A stretch of 64,000 nt of DNA, taken from the NCBI GenBank assembly GCA_964658305.1, contig OZ210885.1, forward strand, positions 15,252,001-15,316,000, read 5' to 3'. This DNA is from Leptogorgia sarmentosa (lineage: Eukaryota). Both the position numbers and the translations under genes were made by a program. Under the pieces are notes generated by a model that was not told the origin of the DNA, did not search any database, and saw only the letters and a list, made by a program, of their open reading frames with translations. Shown here in pieces: positions 38,282 through 47,939 of the stretch (within the stretch, counting starts at the first letter, position 1; the number at the start of each line of letters is the position of its first letter).

Positions 38282-38744
38282 TTAACCAAATATATCCTTT
38301 GCAGGTAAAGACCTTCTCTGTTTTGACGTCATTGCTCTCGGAAACACAACAGCTACAGCTTTTCTTCTTTTACGCTTTCCTCCAGATTGTGATTTTTTCC
38401 GTTTACGTCCTCCTTTCTGAGACTTTTTTGCTTTTTTCTTACCACCCCTCAATTGCGATCTCGGACGTTTCGTAGCCTCAGGCTTAGCCTTAGAGGGTGC
38501 TTTTAGTGCCTGTACCGTTCTTTTTCCTACGAGATTTATTGATTGTTTCCTGCCTCTTTTCCGCTCTCTCGAGCCGCTTCTTTTACAGGTTTACCATCAA
38601 TTACACCGGCTACCATGTTTTTTAACAAGTCCGCTCCTACAACTGCTCCAATTCTACCAATTTCTCCCAAAACAGGTTTAAGCTTTTCCCCTGCTGCAGC
38701 CATGCCTCTACTACGAAATATATCTCATAACCTTGTTGAGTCAT
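38282..38744 (-). pseudogene. Basic core-like virion protein with repeated xxGG sites, ending KDIFG
   Basis: QLRGGKKKAKKSQKGGRKRKKSQSGGKRKRRK; lies between penton and MCP. Confidence 0.6.
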
Positions 38745-39497
38745 TTTAAAAGTTTTTTTTTGTCTAAAGTGTAGTGTTATCGACGTATGTCCATGCTCAA
38801 ATGAGATACGTTCATTTGTGCTACTCCTTAAAAGAACCTTTACTTCTTCAAATGATTTTATACGAAGAGGTACATAGTGTAGGTTTTTGGTGGAGTGCGT
38901 CATTTCACTTTTTCCTTCATCCCGAACAATATCCAATAATGGAACGGTTTGGTTTCCAACAATTTGCGGTTGAATAATATCGCAGTAAACGTAAATGTTT
39001 GTTTCGCGGTGTAAGTTAGCTTCATGATTTCCCGTTTCCGTAGCAGTAATTTTTTTAACAATATCAGAATCATAAAACGTGAGAAAACCAAGAATAATAG
39101 CCTGTTCTTTTCGTAAATGAACCGTATACCCGTTTTCTAATGTAACAGTAACTTTTCCGGAATGAATAGTAAACGTAATTTTTCCCTTATCCTCTTTTGG
39201 AATAGATGCATTGACATCTGCGACATATTCGTTAACGGTTGTATAGTAATCCTTTAATGGTGATCCTGTTTTTTTGGTACCATTTACGGTATAATGAATG
39301 GATTCCCCACTTAATTCTATCGTATTCCATTTCACATAGGATATGGTATGCAACGCAACTTCCCATTTGCCATTTAGCTGAATACGTCGGGAAAACTTTG
39401 TCATATACTCAGATGCGGTATTATTGGGAAAAGAGTCTGCAGACGTATTACTTGGAAGTGTAATGTAAAAATCAGAAGCATTTTCCTTAGTGTTCAT
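38637..39497 (-). CDS. Minor capsid protein (penton/PX-like)
   Basis: FYITLPSNTS..FPNNTASEY...LNGKWEVAL, IYVYCDII..QIVG...VPLL and ITLHFR. Confidence 0.88.
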   Translation of the reverse strand: MNTKENASDFYITLPSNTSADSFPNNTASEYMTKFSRRIQLNGKWEVALHTISYVKWNTIELSGESIHYTVNGTKKTGSPLKDYYTTVNEYVADVNASIPKEDKGKITFTIHSGKVTVTLENGYTVHLRKEQAIILGFLTFYDSDIVKKITATETGNHEANLHRETNIYVYCDIIQPQIVGNQTVPLLDIVRDEGKSEMTHSTKNLHYVPLRIKSFEEVKVLLRSSTNERISFEHGHTSITLHFRQKKTFKMTQQGYEIYFVVEAWLQQGKSLNLFWEKLVELEQL

Positions 39498-39545
39498 GAT
39501 TAAAACGTCAGATCACAAATGACAAAGACACACAAAAATTGTTTT

Positions 39546-40003
39546 TTAAATATTTTTTAATTGAGATGCAGGTATCCACGAATTGAATTTGGATGGATAT
39601 CCTAACCATTTTACAAAGTATTGCTCATTTTTTCCTTTGGCTTTCTTTTTTCAAACTTCTTCTACTTCATACACATCATCTTCCTTAATAACTTTTTGTA
39701 ATTCGTCTTTGTAAAATGTACCGTCAAGTTCCTCTTGATTATAGTCTTTTAGCTTATACACTGGTGGATATCGAGGTATTTGTTTGCTTACAGTAAAAAT
39801 TTCTTTTGAAAAATTAGGAAGATAACCCTTTTCAAATTTACGCTTTATTTTACTTATTCGTACCTGATCACCTACAGAGAACTCATACTTTACTCTTTTT
39901 TTATGTGAAGGGCAATCACCGTATAATGTATGCCATATTTCTTGCTCGTTTTCTATAGTGATCGTTTTGGATTATAGTAAACACTAGACAAGTATGCATC
40001 CAT
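39546..40003 (-). pseudogene. Polinton retroviral-like integrase with catalytic core deleted; chromodomain retained
   Basis: MDAYLSSVYYNPKR joined directly to ...VGDQVRISK...FEKGYLPNFSKEIF...YFVKWLGYPSKFNSW. Confidence 0.85.
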
Positions 40004-40668
40004 CACTTTTTCCGAAATGAGAAAACAAAAAATGTCAGTCGTCTCTTATTCCTATGGTAAAGTCAATAGGCTCCTCCTCAATGGTTGGCAATTTGCCTTT
40101 AACAGGCAAATACTTTTTTCTTGTTTTTCCATGATACTCGGTCTTGAGACAACCCTCGACATTCGTATCCCCCCGACGCATAGTCAAACCCACTTTACAC
40201 ATTTGTTTCTTATCAATATCTTTATTTAATCGCTTTTTTTTCTTACTACCTGCACTACCCATGTTTACTGTATGAATAATCAGTTGCATTTAAAAATAGT
40301 TTTACATGCTTTCCACTTAAGTCTGTATCATTATCATCCCCACAAAAGAACCGAGAAAATCTTGATGTTGCATAATGTAACCATGTTCAAGACATGCATC
40401 TCAGATTTTCTTAATAATCGATCTGTTCGTAATTACGTCATGGGCAATTTCAATTTTCATCTCACGCATTTCTTCCTCTGAGATTCCTGCACACAGCTTG
40501 GAGTAAAAATCTGATGCATAAACATTGACGCGCGCCACGCTGCGTCAGTGGTGGTAACGAAAGTCCAGTTCAACTATCGTCATTGTAACTGCTATGTATA
40601 ACCTATACTAAATCTATCATACTAAAAGCAGTTTTACTTATACCGAAAAACCATGGGAAATTATGTAT

Positions 40669-40938
40669 TTAAAACCTAAGTATCATCTTGTCCACCCAAA
40701 GACCGAGAATATCATAATCTTGCGAAATGTAACCATGTTCAAGACAGGCATTCCAGATTTTCTTAATGAACAACTTGTCCGTAAATATCTCGTCTCCAGT
40801 CTCCTCATCTTCACTAACCACTGCATTCAATTCTTCATTTGAAATTCCCGCACACAATTTGGAGCAAAAGCTTGATGCGAACATATTGACACGTAATACA
40901 ATACATCCCTTAGAAAAGAAGTCCACATCGATAGTCAT
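40669..40938 (-). CDS. Small Polinton hypothetical protein; decayed paralogue at about 40289-40583
   Basis: RVNMFASSFCSKLCAGIS vs RVNVYASDFYSKLCAGIS, each with CTATACTAAAAGCAGTTTT upstream. Confidence 0.55.
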   Translation of the reverse strand: MTIDVDFFSKGCIVLRVNMFASSFCSKLCAGISNEELNAVVSEDEETGDEIFTDKLFIKKIWNACLEHGYISQDYDILGLWVDKMILRF

Positions 40939-41064
40939 TGTAATGAAATGATCTGCTATACTAAAAGCAGTTTTTACTTATACCGAAAAAACACAGGAAC
41001 AAACACGGGAAATCCATAAAAACACATATTCCCATAAAAATCCCTTCTTTACATTCCGTTCACA

Positions 41065-42983
41065 ATGAAGAGAGGATATCCCTACATAAACGGTAATCTT
41101 AATTTTGGTTACGAATACGACTCCAACCAAAAAAGCTCCAAAAGTGGCGGTGGCCGAAGCGGCACTCCGAGACCACGAGGACCTCCGGGACCTACAGGAG
41201 CTCCGAAACCTACGGGATTGCAGGGATCTCAAGGATCCCTGGTACGGCTGCCAATAAAGGAGACCCCGGACCCAAATGAGATCAGGGACCTCCAGGTCCT
41301 CAGGGTTCGCAAGGAGCACAAGGACCCTCAGGACCGCAAGGAAAAACCGGTTCAGCAGGACAAAAAGGGGACAAAGGAGACAAAGGAGACCTGGGCCTAA
41401 AGGAGACAAAGGAGATCAGGGACATCAGGGACCTCCAGGAAAAACAGGTGCCATAGGTTAACAAGGACAGACGGGTTCTCAAGGACCAATTGGACCGACA
41501 GGACTAAAAGGGGCAAAAGGGGCAAAAGGGGATAGGGGTGTCGCCGGAAATGACGGTAATCCAGGACCTGCAGGACCTACAGGTCCTGTTGGACCTACTG
41601 GACCAACGGGAGCACAAGGACCCACAGGATCGCAAGGACAAAAAGGAGCCAAGGGAGATAAAGGAGATAAAGGAGACAAAGGGGACAAAGTAGATGTCGG
41701 AGATATTGACGCTGCCACAAAAAAGCAACTTATTATGATCAATAAAAACTTTGGACAAATAACTTACCCCCATACTTTCCAAACCTTCGAATTTGATGAT
41801 TCGGGTACAGAAGCCCCTTACAATGGTGGTCAAGGAAGGAATCTTGTAGTAACAAAAAGCACCACAAACGAAACAGTTCCAATTTTGGGTTCTCGTGCCC
41901 CTATTGAAATAACCCAAGACATCACCCTAGACCCCGCTGATGTCAAAACAGGAATCTCTTTTGTTGCCCAATACTCTCAAGCAAAGTCATACGGAGTGAT
42001 ATTCGCTATCCAAGATCACAACAACGGGACAGCAAAAACCGTATTCATGACCACACACAACGGTACACATGTTTTCTCATCTGCTCTCCTAAGGCGACTA
42101 GGAACGGTAGACCACAACGGAAACACATACAAATACTATTTGGCGAGAGTTGGCGAGAATGTAACTGATAACAGCAAAGCAAAATTTACGATTGAAATTT
42201 TGTACGTAACTGCCGACTTACCTGAAGGTAAAAATGTCAATAAGCGTTTACGGAGGATTTACATTTCTACAGTTATCCGTTGCAAATTACAACGCCACAA
42301 ACCTCACAGATAAACTTCATTTTCCACATCACAAAGACTTTGAAAGGCAGAAATTCAAAAGTATTATGAAAGGAGACACTCTTCTCGCCGGATTCGAGCA
42401 ACAAGATGGAACTATCCTTCCTAATGACAAATTAAAAATAGCCACAGCAAACCTGTTAGGTTCTACTCAACTACATATGGCAAAAACTATACTACATTAT
42501 ATCACAATCGCATACAATAATACAGTAATGGCCTCCTTATTTATGACATCACCCTCTCAAACACCCGCACCATTGTGGTGTCACCCAAAAAGCACCATCC
42601 TTGGATACCCCTCACCAATCTTCCCGTTAGTAAGCACAGATGCTTTACGCCTAACATTACTAACGCACACATTCGATGATGATAATAATATTGGTAATGA
42701 TTTGGAATTGCAATTCCGTCTACTTCTGTACACAGCCGGTACAGACACACAAACAGACACAGGAACAGAAGCTATCCTCGGCACAATAAAATACAAGGAC
42801 AAGAAACGATCCGAAAAAAAATTCCTCCTCAATCACACATTTGAATATAACCCACCAAAGTTTGGGTCCTATATTTGTTACACTTTACAATTCAAACAAA
42901 TAAAACCCACAACAGCAATAGGTAATGAGTCAGATATAGTATTCAACGCTGTACAATTACCAGATTTATCAACAATTCAATAA
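41065..42983 (+). pseudogene. Collagen-like (Gly-X-Y) fibre-type protein with globular C-terminus, frameshifted
   Basis: GGA-periodic codons at 41170-41700 ([26 protein letters not shown]) continuing into ORFs 41735-42313 and 42234-42983. Confidence 0.8.
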
Positions 42984-43050
42984 AATGTTTAAAAAACTTT
43001 TATTTCATGTGTCATACAACAATGTTTTAAAACTACATAAACAAAATGTT

Positions 43051-43600
43051 TTAAAAAAGTGTGCAACCATACTTTGCACTCATTGGTTCATCATTGTCCA
43101 CATAGAAAGTAGGTTTGTAATGTAAACAAGAAGTCTCGGCTATCTTGTCAACCTTGCTATTAAGAACAGCGATATCTTCGGACATACTTTTTACACCAAC
43201 AACCACACGTCCGAGCAGTTTTAGAATCTGACCACCCATCAGCTTTTTGATCCGTTTCGTATCTTCCTGCTTTTCGTCATCCTCTACTTGTGATGTACTC
43301 GGTTGTGGTGACTGTGGTACACCTTCCAAATCGACAACTTTCATACTCGGTGATGGTGATGGTGGTGGTGATAGTGGTGGTGGCTGCGGTACACCTTCTG
43401 AATCAACAACTTCCATACTCTGTGGGGGCTCGCTTTGTTGTCCTACGACTTCGAACTTAAGAGTCGCCTGCTTAGGTGTTTTTTTACCACCGCTCCCAAA
43501 TACCCCGATAATTCCTTACTAATATAACTACCGCCCCGCTCGTGTGTCCCTGCTAATAACATCAACGATTCAACGATGCGCTTCGTTACCATATTTCTTG
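43051..43600 (-). pseudogene. Polinton hypothetical Pro-rich protein
   Basis: ORFs 43051-43416 and 43443-43661 separated by a stop. Confidence 0.4.
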
Positions 43601-43961
43601 AAATCTTAAAGCATTCCGCACGTTTTTTAGCATCGCCCACGACCTTTCTAGTATCACCCACGGCTTTCTGTTTTATTCTTTTAAGGTGTGAACGTAGGGG
43701 TGTCGCGGAAAATTCCTTATCTCCATACCACCAAATATAAAAATGTCGACTTTATCATTAGGCGACTTTTGCAAGTCCATCGATTTGTTCACGATCCAGT
43801 TGTATTTCTCTCTTTTTTTGAACAAATATGGTAATATATTTTCTTCTCATACATCCTCCCGCGTATATATAACAACACAACGCGAAAAATCCATTGCGTG
43901 AAATGAAATAAAACTACACAGTGTCCGACTTTTAACTCAACAAACCCCCGGAAAACACACA

Positions 43962-44180
43962 GAAATAACCTCGGGAATAATAACCACAGGAATAACCTCG
44001 GGAATGATAACCGCAGGAATAACCTCGGGAATGATAACCGCAGGAATAACCTTGGGAGTAATAACCACAGGAATAACCTCGGGAATGATAACCGCAGGAA
44101 TAACCTCGAAAATGATAACCGCAGGAATAACCTCGGGAATGATAACCACAGGAATAACCTCGGGAATAATAACCTCGGGA
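43962..44180. repeat. Minisatellite (GGAATAACCTCGGGAATGATAACCGCA)n, reverse complement of the left-arm VNTR
   Basis: About 8 units of 27 bp. Confidence 0.9.
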
Positions 44181-44233
44181 TATTATGTATTTAAGACCGC
44201 ACGCCCGCAAAAATAATCACTCGTGAATGAGCA

Positions 44234-44756
44234 ATGAATATCGTCGGAATAATAGATTTGGATGGTTTTTTGTGCAAAAAACCTTTTTCTGTCGAGAACT
44301 TGGAATTATTACACATGGAGATACGTACGGAACATCGTTCCACTTTAATACAGCACTATGCTATGAAAAACTAAATGAAAAGGACAGAATTCAAGTTAAA
44401 TTCCTACAAGAACACATTCACGGACTATCGTTAATTGACAAAAACGCAATGAATCAGGGTACATTATTGTTCAAAGATTTTACGCCGCTTACCGAATAAA
44501 TCAGGACAGTACAATCGCTTACAAGGGAGGATTTATTGAAAAAAATTTACTTGCATGCTTAAACATACCGTCAATAAACCTGGAACTTTTTGGTTGTCCG
44601 AAAGCTGTAGATATTTTTCCTGAAATGCCATGGTTGGAATGTTGTGGACAGCATTTATTGTTAAAGAATGGAACGGATTCTTACAAACATTGTCCACGCA
44701 TCAAAGTTGAAGCATATTTACATTGGTTCACAAAATATTGGATGCCAAAATACTAA
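44234..44756 (+). pseudogene. Polinton DEDD-exonuclease-like protein (frameshifted)
   Basis: IIDLDGF...RELG, IAYKGG..EK..L, NLELFGCPK, CCGQH...HCP; family assignment is from recalled motif resemblance. Confidence 0.5.
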
Positions 44757-44886
44757 CATTCTGTACGAAAAACTATCCAAATCTATTGTAAATACAAAAA
44801 CGGTTATGTAAATAAAACTTTTTTATGAAAAAACAAACTTCATCATTCATTATTTATACAAACATTTGATCGTACACTAATATATA

Positions 44887-44959
44887 CCCTTGTTAGCTCA
44901 ATTGGTAGAGCATCGGATTGTAGCTCCGGGGATTACTGGTTCGAATCCAGTCCGAGGGA
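44887..44959 (+). tRNA. tRNA-Tyr(GTA), intronless, inside the right Polinton TIR
   Basis: CCCTTGT TA GCTC AATTGGTA GAGC A TCGGA TTGTAGC TCCGG GGATT ACTGG TTCGAAT CCAGT CCGAGGG A: 73-nt cloverleaf, C1:G72 and A73, A and B boxes, T6 terminator 4 nt downstream; one acceptor-stem mismatch. Confidence 0.85.
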
Positions 44960-46036
44960 TTGTTTTTTCTCCGTCGCCTGCTACACCTGACACAAAAAAG
45001 GGGGTATGGAAAACATAAAAAATGGGGGTGTGGTATTCGTAAAAAATAGGGGGTAGGGAAACACATCATAAAGGGGGAAAAATACACGCAAAAAATGTCC
45101 ACGCAAAGTCCACGCAACGCTATATTCTCCACGCAATATCCAGGCACCAACACCCGATTGACGCTATAAGATCAGTATAGTACTACTATTATTTATGTTT
45201 ACTGGTCACTTGGAAGCATTATGGTTACCATCTGCACTGCCACCAAATACCGCGTAATTCCATTGTCATCTTGCAATGTTTGTATATGACTTTTAATCTG
45301 ATGCACTTGACGTTCATTTAAGTTAATAGAGAGCGTCGTGGCAGGCTGGAAGGCGTCTTTCGCGAGTCAACACCGTCCAAAGGCCATTTTGGAAGGCGTC
45401 GTTAAAAGCAAACATGGAAACCAAGTCAAAACGAGAGAAGTATCATTTTACAATAATTACTATTGTGGGTATTTACGAGACGTTTTCCGTTGATGTGCGA
45501 AGAAATGTTCGTATATTTTCTCCACGACACGTATACTCGTATACAAGTGCTTGTTGTTTTGTGCTTTTGTATAAACACAAATTATTATACATGCACCTTA
45601 GGCTTAACATGACTGACTTGCTGACTTTGGTTGCACATGAAGTGAGTGAGTTATTTTAAAGCACCAATAGTCATTTCTATTATGTAATATTTATGAACTT
45701 CTACATTGCAACCTATCCATTGCAAGTATTTTGAAATCAGTACATACTAAAATCTTGAATAGCATGATTCTTCTGTTTGTTCATTTTCCAACTCTAAATT
45801 ATAAGATAATGACACACACATAACACACATACATTTAATTACAACACCCATGAATGTATTAACCCATTTTTATAAACTGGCAGTAGCATATTATCTTCTT
45901 TTGATAAAAGTGGTTTGAGCATTAATGGTGGCCTTGTATTAGTACGATTAACAGTATCATGATCAATTTTAGTGTTTGTATGACTGCTTTCCATTATTTA
46001 TATATTTAAATTTGTCCCCACATTTTTATAATTAGT

Positions 46037-46888
46037 GTGCCAATGAGATGGACAGAGGAGCACGACATTTTGTTATGCCAGGAGGTTTTGGTGGCACTAC
46101 CGTACCAACACAGACCAAAGTCAGTTGAAAGAGGAAGTGCATGGACAAGCATTGCAAACGAGCTTAATGCAGTTCAACAAATGCGCTTCTGTGTAACCCA
46201 AAAGGCTGTGCGAGACAGAATGAACCTTTTGGTTGAACGCCATAAGAAGAAAACAAGAGATGAAGAATCAGCTAGTGGTATTTCTCCTGAACAGTCAGAG
46301 ATTGATGAAGCACTTGATACAATAATAGAGTTGATTGATGATGCTGACCAACAATTTGAGAAGGATTCTTACGAAAAACATCAAAAGATAGAGAACAACC
46401 GAAAGCAAGCAGAAGAGCTGAGAGTTAAGGCAATGGAAAGCTATGGAGAGAGTAGAAAACGACAAATTGAAAGTGGAGAAAGTGAACCCAAGCCAAGGAG
46501 GAAACGATCCACAGGAGGAGAAACATTGGTATATTTACAAGAAAAATCTGAAAAGGAATTTAAGCTACGAAAGGCTGAACTAGAAATTAAAAAGAAAGAA
46601 ATGGAAAACAAAAGGGAAGTGAACATGACTTTGCAGAACCAGCAGCAACAACAGTTCACAGATTTTCAGAAGAGTATTATGGAACAGTATCTGCAACAGC
46701 AAATGCAGCAGCAGGCACTTCAACATCAGCAAATGATGGCAAGTCAATCACAACAACAGCAACAACAAAATCAACTTCTAATAGTTCTTCTTCAAAAACT
46801 TAAAAAGTTAATTGAAGTAGTAACGTTTGTGTGTTTATGCAATGGTTCAACGTTTCATGTTGTGGTTTTTCATAAAAAAACCCATTAG
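46037..46888 (+). CDS. Myb/SANT-like DNA-binding protein with Gln-rich tail (probably exon 2)
   Basis: MRWTEEHDILLCQEV...RGSAWTSIA..LN...AVRDR...SASG; preceded by ...TTAG acceptor. Confidence 0.75.
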   Translation: MPMRWTEEHDILLCQEVLVALPYQHRPKSVERGSAWTSIANELNAVQQMRFCVTQKAVRDRMNLLVERHKKKTRDEESASGISPEQSEIDEALDTIIELIDDADQQFEKDSYEKHQKIENNRKQAEELRVKAMESYGESRKRQIESGESEPKPRRKRSTGGETLVYLQEKSEKEFKLRKAELEIKKKEMENKREVNMTLQNQQQQQFTDFQKSIMEQYLQQQMQQQALQHQQMMASQSQQQQQQNQLLIVLLQKLKKLIEVVTFVCLCNGSTFHVVVFHKKTH

Positions 46889-46951
46889 GACCAAACTTAC
46901 TAATTTTAAATGTTTTACCAGCTTGCATAGCTTTAATAGGCACAGTTCATG

Positions 46952-47939
46952 TTATATAAAGTATTCACTGAGTGTTGGAGGTTCTAAATTAATATACTTT
47001 GAAGTTACAGAGCCATACAGGCATGTGCAAGCATTTGTAAGCAACAAGCAAACAACATACATCTTTCCTACTGCACTTAAATTAATCTTTAGATTTTTTT
47101 TAAAGTCTACCAGCTGCTGCTTCTTGAATGGTGCATGGAGATGAGGTCTAAGAGGGTAAGCAGGGTCACCATAAATACATAGGATATCTCCTGTAGATGA
47201 AAAGCTGTGTTCTTGTAAACTAGCGAGCAGGCCAGATTCTGTAAGCATGCCACTGTCATGCTTTTTTCCCCTCATAGGGACCAAATAAATTTGCAATTAA
47301 GCCATTGGGAGTTACCACTGATTGGAACTTTATTGAATGAACCCTTTTGTGGCCATTATACAAGATTCTCTGATGTTTACCAGGTCTGCATACTGGCCTA
47401 ACAGTTCCATCTACAAAACAACCCCAGCAGTTCACCAAAGGTGCACCTGCTCGGTAAATTATTTCAGCATATCTGGAAAGATTTGCAGGAGATAATAGTG
47501 GTTGATCAAAACGTGTGAGACGATGACCATGCTCTTCATATATCAGATCCATAATATGTTTGCTAATGATACTGAACTGTGGTACTGGTCTTCCAAATCT
47601 AGGTATCATATCATTATATCTAATAGGGTATGCAAATCGCTTTAAAAGAATGCACAGAGCTTCAATTCCATCAACAACGAGCCTGTTGTAACACTGTATT
47701 TCATCTGGAATACCCAATATTTCTTTTAGATTGTATATGTCGCCTTTAAGGAAGCGAAATTCTGCCTCACATTCGCTGTCGTTTAAATTGTCTAAGTCGA
47801 ATCGATCATATGTCCAATATGGCAAATCGGGATTTTTCGATTGGTTTATGTCATATAGGTAAAGAAACTCCTCGTCATTAATATATTTTTGATCGTGACA
47901 GAGTAGTAAACAATCTCTAACCACTCGTAATTTCGGCAT
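46952..47939 (-). pseudogene. DDE_Tnp_4-type transposase (frameshifted, deleted)
   Basis: LKRFAYP, FVDGTVRP, YNGHKRVHSIKFQSVVTPNG, HDSGML and IYGDPAYP. Confidence 0.88.

Larger units (their letters stand above)
21605..45187 (+). mobile_element. Polinton/Maverick (adintovirus-like endogenous virus), decayed
   Basis: AGTAGT...ACTACT termini, imperfect TIRs of about 370 bp, 6-bp TSD ATTATT (21599-21604 and 45188-45193); pPolB, ATPase, protease, capsids and integrase present. Confidence 0.96.

Noticed and set aside
41170..41700. Host collagen gene
   Set aside because: Intronless and located inside the TIR-bounded Polinton.
43932..44216. Repetitive ORFs (GYSCGYHSR, VIIPEVIPA, MITAGITSG)
   Set aside because: Translations of a 27-bp minisatellite; same for 17865-18248 and 49775-50113.
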